Assembly (NCBI GenBank): GCA_030697795.1
Contig: JAUYOV010000004.1
Coordinates: 211,334-275,333 of the forward strand
Direction: 5' to 3'
From: a bacterium
GTDB lineage: Bacteria > Patescibacteriota > Minisyncoccia > JACQLN01
DNA length: 64,000 bases
In this document: positions 43,134 through 53,134 of the stretch, piece by piece
Position numbering within the stretch: the stretch's first letter is position 1
Layout: each line of letters begins with the position of its first letter
The notes under the pieces: model-generated
The model's input: the letters and a program-made list of their open reading frames with translations, nothing else
Databases searched by the model: none
Told to the model about the DNA's origin: nothing
Program-made: the position numbers and the translations under genes

Positions 43134-43830
43134 TGTAGCTAAGCCTAACCACTTCTTTAGCTAATACTTCTAAGGGGTCAACGATTGGAATCTTAACAAA
43201 TTTTCTTACCTTTTCGGCGTACAAAGAAAATTCCGTACAAGCAAAAATAACAGCTTCGGAATTTTCATCAAATTTTTTTATTACGCTAACAATATTTTCT
43301 AAAATATTTTTCTCGCATCCAGCTTTTATGCTGTAAATAATCTTAGAGACTTTCTGCTGCGTTCTTTTATCCGGACAGATCCAGTTGATTTTATTAGAAT
43401 CATTTTTTGATTGATAAATCTTTTCTCTTACAGTAGCCTCGGTGGCTAAAATAAGCACACTGCCAAAATTACTGGCGACATTATTTACCGTAAGATCGAT
43501 CATATCTAATATCGGTAGTGAAGTATTTTTTTGTATTTCTTTAAGTTTGGCATGGGCAGTATTACAAGTGATAGCCACTAAACTTGCACCGGATTTAGCA
43601 AGAACATTAAGCGATTTACAAACCTCTTTTACATAATTTTTACCACCATCTTGAGTCAAAGATATTGTTCTATCTGGAATTTTAGGGTTGGTAAAACAGA
43701 TCACTTGAATATGGTCTTGATCTTTTTTGGCTGGCGTTGAGTCTATTATAAGTTTTTGAAACCAGATACCCGCCATTGGCCCCATACCACCTAGAACACC
43801 CAAACGAAATAACTTTTTCTTTTTATCCAT
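43129..43830 (-). CDS. Asp/Glu/hydantoin racemase family protein (aspartate racemase-like)
   Basis: Motifs LGGMGPMAG and the two active-site Cys regions (CFTNP... and ITCNTAH). Confidence 0.7.
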   Translation of the reverse strand: MDKKKKLFRLGVLGGMGPMAGIWFQKLIIDSTPAKKDQDHIQVICFTNPKIPDRTISLTQDGGKNYVKEVCKSLNVLAKSGASLVAITCNTAHAKLKEIQKNTSLPILDMIDLTVNNVASNFGSVLILATEATVREKIYQSKNDSNKINWICPDKRTQQKVSKIIYSIKAGCEKNILENIVSVIKKFDENSEAVIFACTEFSLYAEKVRKFVKIPIVDPLEVLAKEVVRLSYK

Positions 43831-44893
43831 TTTTATTTTTTATTATTTCAATAACTTGGTCTTTAGGGATAGATTTTAAAGTATTACCTCCTCGACCAGT
43901 AGTGGTTTTGGCAGCAAATAAAGCATCGTAAACACTCTCTTCCACCGCCTCAACGGCTCCCAAGAAAAACTGCGTTAAATCTGCATCGAGCAAACATTTA
44001 GACAAATCTCCTTCGCCCTCTATACCATTTCTGTTAGTACTAAAAGCTATAATATAATCTCCGCTACCATGCGCCATCACAGAACCTGTTTTAGCCAAAC
44101 CCAATACCGCTCTTTTAGCTATTCTTTTTAGCTGGCGAGCTGAAAATGGAGCGTCCGTTGCTAAAACAACCACACAAGATCCATCGCCTGTTTTAATAAA
44201 ATTATCAAAATCGGTTTCGCCTAGAATTTTTCCTATGGGTAATCCTAAAATATTTAATGCTCCACCAAAATTTGTTTGAACCAAAGCACCCAATGTATAT
44301 TTTTTATTTCCAATTTTTATTAAACGCGAAGACGAGCCAATACCACCCTTCCAAGAAAATACTCGCGTGCCAACACCTGCTCCCACACAACCCGCCCCTG
44401 TATTAGTCGATAAATTTTTAAAAGCCTTAAACACATCGTCTGCACCGATTGAATTTTTATGAATGTTATTTAACCAACCATCGTTAGTTTCGCCAACTAC
44501 AGTATTTATAGTTTCTATTGGTTTAATATCTGGTGAATTTTTTATAACCCAATCTACTACACCGCGCATTACCGGCCCCACCGCCAAAGTATTGGTTAGG
44601 GCAATTGGTGTTTCCAAAGTACCTAATTCTTCTACTTGAGTTATGCCAGTCAACTTTCCAAAACCGTTACCCACATAAATTGCCGCCGGAATTTTTTTTC
44701 TAAATAAATTTTTTATTCCAGGATCAATTATAGTTATTCCAGTTCTAATATCGCGACCAGATATTTTATTAAAGTGACCAACTCTTACACCTAAAACATC
44801 GGCTATAGAATTTTTTTTGCCGCATGGCAAAAAACCGACTTTAAAGCCATAATCTTTGAATCTTTTTATTAATATATTTTCTTTGTTTTTCAT
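43823..44893 (-). CDS. P1/S58 family (DmpA-like) aminopeptidase / D-aminopeptidase
   Basis: Motifs FSWKGGIGSSSR, VQTNFG and VVLATDAPFSARQLKRIAKRAVLGLAKTGS...HGSGDYIIAFST match the DmpA family. Confidence 0.6.
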   Translation of the reverse strand: MKNKENILIKRFKDYGFKVGFLPCGKKNSIADVLGVRVGHFNKISGRDIRTGITIIDPGIKNLFRKKIPAAIYVGNGFGKLTGITQVEELGTLETPIALTNTLAVGPVMRGVVDWVIKNSPDIKPIETINTVVGETNDGWLNNIHKNSIGADDVFKAFKNLSTNTGAGCVGAGVGTRVFSWKGGIGSSSRLIKIGNKKYTLGALVQTNFGGALNILGLPIGKILGETDFDNFIKTGDGSCVVVLATDAPFSARQLKRIAKRAVLGLAKTGSVMAHGSGDYIIAFSTNRNGIEGEGDLSKCLLDADLTQFFLGAVEAVEESVYDALFAAKTTTGRGGNTLKSIPKDQVIEIIKNKNG

Positions 44894-44948
44894 TTATTAA
44901 AATTGGCGCGTGCTTGAAGTTTTATTCCACCTCAAGCCCGCGCACTTT

Positions 44949-46718
44949 TTATCCAAACACTACCGGAGCAACCGCCATATCTACCATGCCGTGAACCCTA
45001 AAAGTATTTGAGGGTACAGCACAAGCAGAAACAGAGACGAGCTCCCCACCAACCATCCACGGACGCAACAAAATGCGACAACTAAAGGCTTCGCCACAAT
45101 TTCGGCGAGTATTCATAACCGGTATACGCACAACGCCGCTCTCCAAACGACGCTGAACTATAAATGGCTGGTTTAAACCCAAGCGCTCTTTGATCCAGTC
45201 TGACCAAGTATCGCTAGTTAAACCATGACCAATCAAAACACCATAGGATCTGGCCGATAGAGTATTCGCTCCACAGACCTTAAGCACCAATCGGTTTCTC
45301 TCCTCTTCCTCTAAATGTATAAGCTGGAGAATACCTACAATGTGTAATCCAGCCACAGAACACGGAAAAGATTTATGAACACTGTGAGGACGAACCAAGT
45401 GAGAATCTGGCAGAATCGTATCTAGAACAGAAAAAGATTCTAGAGAAAGTTCACGACGGAAAAAATCTGCTCGGCTCCTAAAAATAGAAAACCAAGCTTT
45501 GTTTCCGAAATGAGCAAACTCTGGCACCATACGCACAAAACCGTCTCTGGCCGCACAAACCAAATCACCTAACTTGTTACCTTCGGTTTCAAAGATTGGG
45601 AATTGTCGCCAAATAGTACCGATCTTTTTCTCACCCAAATAAACTCCATGAGAATTAATAGTGAGACAATCTAGGTGTTCGGTAGAAAGAAAAAAAGCTG
45701 GGTAACCGCGTCTCCGTAAGTCTTCTACCAACCACTTAATTTCGGGCATGTAGCATAGACTCCACTTATGCGACACAAGAAAAAGTATTGGCCCAGATTC
45801 TACTAACCAATCAAAACATCTTCTCCACCTATCCTGATTAACTCCGTAGGCTTGATCCAAATGAACCAGCTCCGCAAAACCACCTGGCATCTCGTCATTT
45901 TCTGAAGCGAATACACCATCGCCTGTAAAATGTAAATCGGGACGACGCACCGAAAATGTTTTTTTGGTAGGAAAAAGATAAATATCCTTAAGCGCTCCAT
46001 TAAGATCAACACCGGAAAAAAGCATTTCAGGAACACTGCTATCAAGAGAGGTTAATTTACAACTCGATTCTTCAAACTCATCAAATGCCATCATTATCTG
46101 TTTTAAGCTAGTTTCATCACAAACCAGAGGTTCGGGAGGAATTCTTATCCAGCTTATTTTAGAATCCTTGGGTAATTCTAAAACCTTTTCTTGATCAGCT
46201 ATGGCTTGGGCGAAATCCGGACCACTGTTTAGCCTACCAATTACTTTAGATACATCGCCTAAATTTACACTCATCGGAGGTTTTTCATTGAGACGAGGCT
46301 TGCCCCATGGATAATAACCAATACCAATACGATCTTGGAAATTGCGAACAAAATCGGCACGCAATTGGCGAGCGCAGCCCTCAATTCTTCTACAACTTCT
46401 ACCAACTCTAACGCACCATTGCGCACCATATGCCCAACTAGGAATATTTGAAGATTCACCGGGACGAAGTTGTGTCGTTGGGCTAAACTGCTTAATCATA
46501 CCGCTGTCAAAAAGAACCACCGCTGAATCTGGCGAAATTCCGCTTTCAAACATAGCCTTAACTTCATTGGCGTCTGTGAAAACAATGCACTCCTGTTCAC
46601 TGCCAAGCATCGATTTAAGTTCACCAATAACCTGCTCGCTTACCGAATTACCCTTTAAGGTAAAAAACAATCTCGGCGTATTAAAGAGCGCCTGAAAAGT
46701 ATTGTTAATGCGTAACAT
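44949..46718 (-). CDS. Hypothetical 589-aa protein; compositionally atypical (about 48-50% GC; Cys/Trp/Arg-rich); possibly ATP-grasp-like
   Basis: Long ORF with a strong SD (AAGGAGGA). The fold is not confidently recognised. GC is clearly above the flanking genes. Confidence 0.3.
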   Translation of the reverse strand: MLRINNTFQALFNTPRLFFTLKGNSVSEQVIGELKSMLGSEQECIVFTDANEVKAMFESGISPDSAVVLFDSGMIKQFSPTTQLRPGESSNIPSWAYGAQWCVRVGRSCRRIEGCARQLRADFVRNFQDRIGIGYYPWGKPRLNEKPPMSVNLGDVSKVIGRLNSGPDFAQAIADQEKVLELPKDSKISWIRIPPEPLVCDETSLKQIMMAFDEFEESSCKLTSLDSSVPEMLFSGVDLNGALKDIYLFPTKKTFSVRRPDLHFTGDGVFASENDEMPGGFAELVHLDQAYGVNQDRWRRCFDWLVESGPILFLVSHKWSLCYMPEIKWLVEDLRRRGYPAFFLSTEHLDCLTINSHGVYLGEKKIGTIWRQFPIFETEGNKLGDLVCAARDGFVRMVPEFAHFGNKAWFSIFRSRADFFRRELSLESFSVLDTILPDSHLVRPHSVHKSFPCSVAGLHIVGILQLIHLEEEERNRLVLKVCGANTLSARSYGVLIGHGLTSDTWSDWIKERLGLNQPFIVQRRLESGVVRIPVMNTRRNCGEAFSCRILLRPWMVGGELVSVSACAVPSNTFRVHGMVDMAVAPVVFG

Positions 46719-46837
46719 ATTATCCTCCTTAGGATAAAAGTAGTGTTAGGATTTTAAGGAACTTCCAGTGGCCTAAATTTTAGGACACTGGTTTGAACAT
46801 CCAGTTTAGATGCTCAAACCAATTTCCAAAACTTAAA

Positions 46838-46857
46838 AAACCTCCGGAAGGAGGTTT
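46838..46857 (-). terminator. Hairpin AAACCTCC-GGAA-GGAGGTTT downstream of the MGMT-NUDIX-PolX cluster
   Basis: 8-bp stem plus a T-run on the minus strand. Confidence 0.5.
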
Positions 46858-47073
46858 TGATGATTATCTTTATAAAATATATCGGATTAGACCATGTAGA
46901 CTGCTATATTTTTATCAAAACCTCCTTGGTTTCTAACTTTAAGTAAGCGCAAAGTAAACCAGTTAATTGTTCTGGTCTTTGGCATATATGTATAATGCGT
47001 GGCTTTGATAAAACTCATAGTATATGAGTATACTATATTAACTATATTCTTAAGTCAACTAGGCTGAGCTTGG

Positions 47074-47361
47074 TCAAATAGTATGCAGTAAGTCAACTTT
47101 ACCGTTTTTTACGCCAACTCCTTCTACTTGAAGGAGTTTTGCTTTTTGGGCTGGGCCGCCGCGGTTATAACCGCCCAAAGAACCATCAGATCTAACCACG
47201 CGATGGCAGGGAATTTTAGGATCAAAATTTTTAGATAGCACCACCGCAACCCCTCGACTAGCTCGAGGCGAACCAATAGAAATCGCAACCGATTTGTAAG
47301 TGGCTATTTTCCCTTTTGGAATTTTTTGTGTAAATTTATAAACTTTATCCTTAAAATTCAT
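47074..47361 (-). CDS. MGMT-family protein (methylated-DNA-protein-cysteine methyltransferase DNA-binding/active-site domain)
   Basis: Active-site PCHRVV motif. 95-aa single-domain form. Confidence 0.75.
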   Translation of the reverse strand: MNFKDKVYKFTQKIPKGKIATYKSVAISIGSPRASRGVAVVLSKNFDPKIPCHRVVRSDGSLGGYNRGGPAQKAKLLQVEGVGVKNGKVDLLHTI

Positions 47362-47773
47362 TTATATTTTTTAAGAAAAATTCTTTATCCTTATAGTGAG
47401 TCAATAAATTAGCGACTTCATTTTTAGATACCCATCTCGCCTCTGGGTTATCTGGATCTACAGGTTTTAAATCCTTTTCTATAGTTTTAAACAAAAACAT
47501 GTAAATTGTTTTAAGTTCAGAAATATCATCTTCTCCATCGGCGTTAATTCTATGGCGCTTATAACTACCTAGATCTCTGATCAATTCCAAACTAGATACT
47601 CCGGACTCTTCATTAATCTCCCTTTTTGCCGCAGTCAAACCATCTTCCCCTGTTTCAATGTGGCCTTTTGGCAAAGACCAAGATTGATTTAGGTCGGGCC
47701 TTTTTTGACTTACAACCAAAACCTCACCTTTTTCGTTTATCACAATACCGCCAGCGCTTTCTGTGTGTTTCAT
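47351..47773 (-). CDS. NUDIX hydrolase (start taken at the internal Met to avoid a 70-nt overlap with polX)
   Basis: Nudix box GHIETGEDGLTAAKREINEESGV. Confidence 0.75.
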   Translation of the reverse strand: MKHTESAGGIVINEKGEVLVVSQKRPDLNQSWSLPKGHIETGEDGLTAAKREINEESGVSSLELIRDLGSYKRHRINADGEDDISELKTIYMFLFKTIEKDLKPVDPDNPEARWVSKNEVANLLTHYKDKEFFLKNINEF

Positions 47774-49536
47774 TTTTTTAAAAATCCCAACATCTTCTCT
47801 AATGGCCAAGCATTCACGATGTCCGACTTCGTGGTCCAAGCACGCCTGGCTTGCGCAATGCCAAGTTCTAAATATTTAAAGTGATCCGTATGATGCGCAT
47901 CAGAATCTATAGACAATTTTACCCCTTCTGCTAAAGCCATTCTTATATGCTCATCTTTTAAATCCAGCCTATCGGCAAAAGCGTCTATTTCTAAAACTGT
48001 GCCCGTTCTTTTAGCGGCCTTGACGATCTCCACCATATCAACTTCGTAAGCTGGGCGTTTATTAATAATTCGGCCTGTTGGATGAAAAAGAATATCTACA
48101 TTTGGGTTTTCCATCGCCTTAATTATTCTTTTGGTTTGCTCGGCTTTTGGTAGGTTAAATAACGAATGCACCGCCACACCAACAATATCTAACTTGGCTA
48201 AAGTTTTGTCGTCTATATCCAGCGAACCGTCTTTTAATATATTAACCTCTGCTCCCTTTAGAACTCGTAGCTTACGACTTTTAGCTTTTAGCTTATAGTT
48301 AATTTCGTCAATCGCAGACATTTGCTTTTCTAATTTTTTCTCGTCTGATCCGCCTGTCATAGCAAGGGATTTTGTATGATCGGTTATTAAAATATATTCT
48401 AAACCCATCTTCATAGCCGCTTCTGCCATTTCTTCTATTGTGTTTTCGCCATCGGTCCAAGTAGTTTGAATCTGCAAGTCTCCCTTCAAGTCATTGTACC
48501 CAATGAGTTTTGGTAATATATGATTTTGAGCGGCTTCAATCTCGCCTGATAATGTTCGGAGTTCAGGTTCAATATAATCCAAGCCAAGTTTATTATATAT
48601 TTCCTCCTCGGTTTTACCAGCAATCATAACCTCTTTCCGCGTAAATCCGCGTTTTGATCCGCGCCTTTCCGCGACCTTAAAGAGGCCGTATTCGTTTAAT
48701 TTATATCCTTTATCTATAGCAATCTTTCGCAATTCAACATTATGGTTTTTGTCTCCGGTAAAATACTGGGCGGCCGCCCCAAAACTTTCGGGGACCACCA
48801 CGCGTAAATCCATTTCTAAACCATTTCTTAATTTAACCACACTTTTAGTTTCGCCTTTCGCCACCACTCGCCCAACTTCGGGCATTTTAATAAAAAGATC
48901 CATAACTTCTTTTGGTTTTTTAGAAGTTATTAAAATATCTATATCGCCCACAGTTTCCTGCATTCGGCGGGCCGAACCGCATAATAAAACTTTTTCTGTA
49001 TATTGGCTTTTTTCTAAGCGTGAAATTATTTCCCTAATTTCCGGCAAAACAAAACCCAAAACATAGCGGTAGATATGTTTTTTAACAAATTCTAAACCTT
49101 TTAAAATTTTCTCTTCGGACTTTTCGCCAAACCCCTCTAGACTTTTTATTAAACCCGCCTTCGCCGCCTTCTCTAAATCGCCTAATGTCCTAATTCCTAG
49201 CTTCTTATATAGCTTATAAACTCCTTTCGGCCCAACACCCTCCACACTGGTTAAACCTTCTATATCTACCGGAATTTTCTTTTTTAAAGCTAAGTGTTCC
49301 TTTATTTTTTTTGTTTTTATATATTCCTCTATCATTTCCGACATGCTTTTGCCTACACCCTGAATTTCTTCTAAAGCTTTGGTTCCGCCTCTTTTGTATA
49401 TATCTTTTAAGTCTTCGCCTAGGTTTTCTATATTCGTGGCCGCGCGTTCAAAAGCCTGTGGCTTAAAAGCCACCTCTTGCATAGCAAACAATATAGAGAT
49501 TTCTTTAAATATCTTGGCGATTTCTTGGTTTATCAT
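47770..49536 (-). CDS. polX: DNA polymerase X family protein with C-terminal PHP phosphoesterase domain
   Basis: HhH N-terminus; Pol-beta nucleotidyltransferase motif LCGSARR...GDIDILI; PHP His/Asp motifs (HTDHT, HH). Confidence 0.85.
   Translation of the reverse strand: MINQEIAKIFKEISILFAMQEVAFKPQAFERAATNIENLGEDLKDIYKRGGTKALEEIQGVGKSMSEMIEEYIKTKKIKEHLALKKKIPVDIEGLTSVEGVGPKGVYKLYKKLGIRTLGDLEKAAKAGLIKSLEGFGEKSEEKILKGLEFVKKHIYRYVLGFVLPEIREIISRLEKSQYTEKVLLCGSARRMQETVGDIDILITSKKPKEVMDLFIKMPEVGRVVAKGETKSVVKLRNGLEMDLRVVVPESFGAAAQYFTGDKNHNVELRKIAIDKGYKLNEYGLFKVAERRGSKRGFTRKEVMIAGKTEEEIYNKLGLDYIEPELRTLSGEIEAAQNHILPKLIGYNDLKGDLQIQTTWTDGENTIEEMAEAAMKMGLEYILITDHTKSLAMTGGSDEKKLEKQMSAIDEINYKLKAKSRKLRVLKGAEVNILKDGSLDIDDKTLAKLDIVGVAVHSLFNLPKAEQTKRIIKAMENPNVDILFHPTGRIINKRPAYEVDMVEIVKAAKRTGTVLEIDAFADRLDLKDEHIRMALAEGVKLSIDSDAHHTDHFKYLELGIAQARRAWTTKSDIVNAWPLEKMLGFLKK
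48637..48676. repeat. ATCCGCG-unit repeat in frame inside polX
   Basis: CCGCGTAAATCCGCGTTTTGATCCGCGCCTTTCCGCG. Confidence 0.7.
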
Positions 49537-49668
49537 CTTTTATATCTTAGCAAGCCCACCTAAATTTTGCTAAGCAAAACTTTGGCGGGCAAGTCGCGTA
49601 ACAAATATAAAACGGCTCAACATCATTGAGCCGTTTGGCAGTTCCAAAAGGACCGCCCTTTTTGAAGT

Positions 49669-49950
49669 TTAAAGATGAACGAACCTACGCCATCGCGATA
49701 GTGGCCGCGTAACTTCTTCTGGTTTTGGATCATCTGGCAAAAGCATTTCCCAGCTACCTTCGTCATGTGGCATTGTTGGAACAACTTCAGAGCCAAGTTC
49801 AGGGCAGTATTCTTCCATATCTTTGGCGATTTGTTCGTCGGGAGTCTCGGAAAAATATTCGTCTAAAATCTGGAAAGATTTTTCTTTTGAAGCGGCCATG
49901 GAAACCTCCTTTTTTAAAAGAACTATGGCGTAAAGCCATGTGATGGCCAC
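49669..49950 (-). CDS. Hypothetical acidic protein
   Basis: ORF only. Confidence 0.25.
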   Translation of the reverse strand: MAITWLYAIVLLKKEVSMAASKEKSFQILDEYFSETPDEQIAKDMEEYCPELGSEVVPTMPHDEGSWEMLLPDDPKPEEVTRPLSRWRRFVHL

Positions 49951-49956
49951 GCCATT

Positions 49957-50169
49957 TTACATGGCTAGAGCATTTTTAAGCTCTTTTATATCCAATTCCA
50001 ATTTCTCTATTCGGCGTTTGTGATCAATCAAGATAATATTTTCTACCTTATCAAAACGTCTGTTCATTTCCAAACGCAAATCACCGAGATCTTTCTTAGT
50101 AGCGGTTTCTTCAAATCCTTTAGCCACCATTCTAGCTAGATCTTCAATTGTAGTTTTCTTCTTTGGCAT
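49957..50169 (-). CDS. Hypothetical coiled-coil small protein
   Basis: ORF only. 70 aa. Confidence 0.25.
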   Translation of the reverse strand: MPKKKTTIEDLARMVAKGFEETATKKDLGDLRLEMNRRFDKVENIILIDHKRRIEKLELDIKELKNALAM

Positions 50170-50276
50170 ATCTTAAAAATATACCTTATCAGATTGTCCG
50201 TCAAATAAAAAGCCCGATGGATTTTCCATCAGGCCTGTGGTTTCGGAAGGATTGACCTTTTTGGATTGTTACAAGA

Positions 50277-50501
50277 TTATGTTTTTGCCTTTGGCCCTCC
50301 AGAAAACAACTTACCTAAAAACTTTAAAACGAAGATCAAAACGTCAATAAACAAAAGAACTGGCCATATTACCAAACACACCAAAAAAAATATACCTCGC
50401 GGAACAAAGTATCCTTTCCTGTATTCGGACGGTGTCTTCTCTTTTACATAAAACCAGCTATACACTGAACCAACCACCAAATACAGTAAAACTTCAGACA
50501 T
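50277..50501 (-). CDS. Small membrane protein (hypothetical)
   Basis: ORF with 2 TM helices. Confidence 0.2.
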   Translation of the reverse strand: MSEVLLYLVVGSVYSWFYVKEKTPSEYRKGYFVPRGIFFLVCLVIWPVLLFIDVLIFVLKFLGKLFSGGPKAKT

Positions 50502-50686
50502 GACCCACCTCCTTTTTGGTTTGCGGAAGGACTGCCCTTCCTGGATTTATTTCCTAAGGTATCCCAATTTTACGATCGGGCGGATCCAGTTTAGAGCATA
50601 ACCACGAATCAAACCCCAGCCCAAACAAAGAACAAGACCGACCAGTACGGCAACCAGCTCGCCGATGCTTTTTAAAATTCTCATAA

Positions 50687-50944
50687 CTACACCACCTTTC
50701 TTAGGCAGGCCAACATTTTTGTTATAGCTTCTTCGCCTTCCCAAAAACTCCCCGAGGGAGAAACTAACCTAGTCACTTTACAATCCAGAGAAATTTCGTG
50801 GTCAACTACATTAATTTTATTTCGCAATTCTTTGTGTAATTCAACAGGAATATCCCTATTACTTGTGACGATTTTCCATTTTCCGTGAAAAAGTTTGAAT
50901 TTACGTGCAATTCCTTTCCTTTTAGGTAACTTCATAAACACCAT
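50687..50944 (-). CDS. Hypothetical basic small protein
   Basis: ORF only. 85 aa. Confidence 0.2.
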   Translation of the reverse strand: MVFMKLPKRKGIARKFKLFHGKWKIVTSNRDIPVELHKELRNKINVVDHEISLDCKVTRLVSPSGSFWEGEEAITKMLACLRKVV

Positions 50945-51008
50945 CCTTTTTTAAAAGAACATTAAACCTTCATATACGCCAAAATCTACCAAATATACAA
51001 AAATAAGT

Positions 51009-51647
51009 CTACTGAACTATACGGCGGTGGCGTTCGGGTATGATTCTATCTTGGTAGCGTTTTTTAGGGCTAAGATGGCTAAGCAAACCAAGCAAAAGCA
51101 ATGAAGCCAAAAGAGATATGGCGCTAGCCGAAAGGAAAAGCGTAACAAAGCCATATTTATCGGCCACATAACCACCTACTGCTGTAGCCACCGAGGCGGC
51201 CAGCCCAACTGAAAACACGCTATCCAAACTCCATTCAAAACTTATGCGCCATTTATCTACATGGCGCGTAAAAATGGAATACCAAGCCGGTACCGCCCAC
51301 GCCATTATAAAACCATAAAAACCTTGCACAATATATAAGTGCATCGGCGTTGTAACAAAAATATAAGCTATGGGAATAAGTGAGCTCAAAAAATAACCCA
51401 AAAATAACGCCCAAAAATCATCGCGTTCGCCATCGGTTTTATCTAAAAAACGCGCGATGGGCAGTTGGAAAATAGATTTTACTATCCAAAAAATTGAAGC
51501 GGCAAAACCAGCCACCTTAGCCGAACCGCCTTCAATTTGATTTGTTAAAAAAATTGCGAACACCGGACCAAAAGAAGCAAAAGCCGAATTATAAAAAAAG
51601 TCGGCTGCCACTATTACTTTTATAATGCGATTTACGCCAGTGAACAT
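51009..51647 (-). CDS. 6-TM membrane protein resembling the C-terminal half of an MFS transporter
   Basis: Hydrophobicity pattern. 212 aa. Confidence 0.35.
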   Translation of the reverse strand: MFTGVNRIIKVIVAADFFYNSAFASFGPVFAIFLTNQIEGGSAKVAGFAASIFWIVKSIFQLPIARFLDKTDGERDDFWALFLGYFLSSLIPIAYIFVTTPMHLYIVQGFYGFIMAWAVPAWYSIFTRHVDKWRISFEWSLDSVFSVGLAASVATAVGGYVADKYGFVTLFLSASAISLLASLLLLGLLSHLSPKKRYQDRIIPERHRRIVQ

Positions 51648-51718
51648 TCTTATAGTATAACAAAAAATCCCGCTAAATAGTCGGGATAAGTTTACGCCTT
51701 AGTTTTTTATTTTACTTT

Positions 51719-53026
51719 TTAGGGTAATAAAAACACAGGAGGAGTTTCTACCTTGCTTCTTGGTAAAACAATTACCCCAAAGCCCGTGGCATTATCATCG
51801 CCTATTAAACCAACGTCGCGGCTCAATTCTTCTAAATTAGTCATTGTGTTCGTAGCCGAACCATTCCATATTTTAGCCGCAAGACCAGAAACAAAAGCCG
51901 CAGACATAGAAGTACCAGAAAGAAACCTATAACCACCATCAACCCAAGTTGATTCTATATTTACACCAGGGGCAATAAAAGAAACTTCTCTCTCCTCTTT
52001 TATATAGTCCCCATCGTTTACGCCCCGGCTAGACCAAGTAGCTGTTATCTTATCTTCAGTTAAAGCACCCACGGCCACAGAATTTTTATAAGCGGCTGGC
52101 CAATCTATAGAAGCTTTATCCGGACCATCGTTACCAGCGCCCGTAATAATTAAAATATTTTTATTCCAAGCCGAATTTATAGAATTTTTTAAAACAGAAC
52201 TTTCACTATTTCCACCCAAACCCATAAAGGCAATATCGGCCTTACCTATGTTGGCTGCGTAATCTAGGGCTGAAGCCACATCGTCCGCCCAACAGGTGCC
52301 GTCGTTGCGGCAAACTTTGTAGACCAATAAATTAGCCTCGCTCGCCACGCCCCAAATACCTTTAGCATCAAAACCGCCATCGCCCGCGATTATTCCAGCC
52401 ACATGCGTACCGTGACCATTTTTATCTTCACAGGCAGAACGAGGGACTGATCCGCGCGTAAAATCTTTACAGTCTTTTATGTCGCTAACTAAATCTGGAT
52501 GAGAAACATTAACACCTGTATCCAAAACAGCAACATTAACTCCTTTACCGCCAGAAGTAGAAGTTACAAAATCGTCGTTGTATACAGTAGCCACCCCCCA
52601 AGAAATTCCAGCTGTAGGCAAAATATCTCTATCTTTTATTTTTTGAGCGTCTTTTTGCAAAGAAGCTACAGTCTCAGAAACAACACCGTCCACATTGGCC
52701 GAAACAGTATCAACCACCTCTATACTATTTATTTTATACAAAGGCACAGGCACAACATTAATTTTAAATATTTTTTCTAGTGTCCAAACTTCGCCCGAAG
52801 TTAGGTCGGCCGTAAAACCAGAATCAAATTCGTGCTGAACGCCAAAAAGAGACTTTATAAAGTAGCTTTTAGTTGAAATTAAATATCGGCCGTTTTCTAA
52901 ATTGGAGTTTTTAGAAACAGCCAAGGCTATATTTGAGGAAACCAGAAAAACAGCTAAAAAAGCTGTTAAAACAAGAAAAAACCTAAGTTGTGGTTTTTTA
53001 TACATTAAAAGCAGATTGTTCGTCAA
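51719..53026 (-). CDS. Subtilisin-like (S8) serine protease, secreted or membrane-anchored
   Basis: Catalytic triad motifs VAVLDTGV (Asp), HGTHVAGIIAG (His) and GTSMSAAFVSG (Ser). N-terminal signal anchor. Confidence 0.85.
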   Translation of the reverse strand: MTNNLLLMYKKPQLRFFLVLTAFLAVFLVSSNIALAVSKNSNLENGRYLISTKSYFIKSLFGVQHEFDSGFTADLTSGEVWTLEKIFKINVVPVPLYKINSIEVVDTVSANVDGVVSETVASLQKDAQKIKDRDILPTAGISWGVATVYNDDFVTSTSGGKGVNVAVLDTGVNVSHPDLVSDIKDCKDFTRGSVPRSACEDKNGHGTHVAGIIAGDGGFDAKGIWGVASEANLLVYKVCRNDGTCWADDVASALDYAANIGKADIAFMGLGGNSESSVLKNSINSAWNKNILIITGAGNDGPDKASIDWPAAYKNSVAVGALTEDKITATWSSRGVNDGDYIKEEREVSFIAPGVNIESTWVDGGYRFLSGTSMSAAFVSGLAAKIWNGSATNTMTNLEELSRDVGLIGDDNATGFGVIVLPRSKVETPPVFLLP

Positions 53027-53134
53027 TTGTACCCTTTTGGGGTGACAGAAGTCAAGCCTACAGCCCTATGCAAAAACAGGCATAAAATGGGCTTATTTTC
53101 GGTGTAAAAACCATATTTTCCACAGAGCTTACTA

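Noticed and set aside
44949-46718. Calling the GC-rich 589-aa protein a glutathionylspermidine synthase/ATP-grasp enzyme
   Set aside because: I cannot match catalytic motifs with confidence from sequence alone, so it is kept as hypothetical with a compositional flag.
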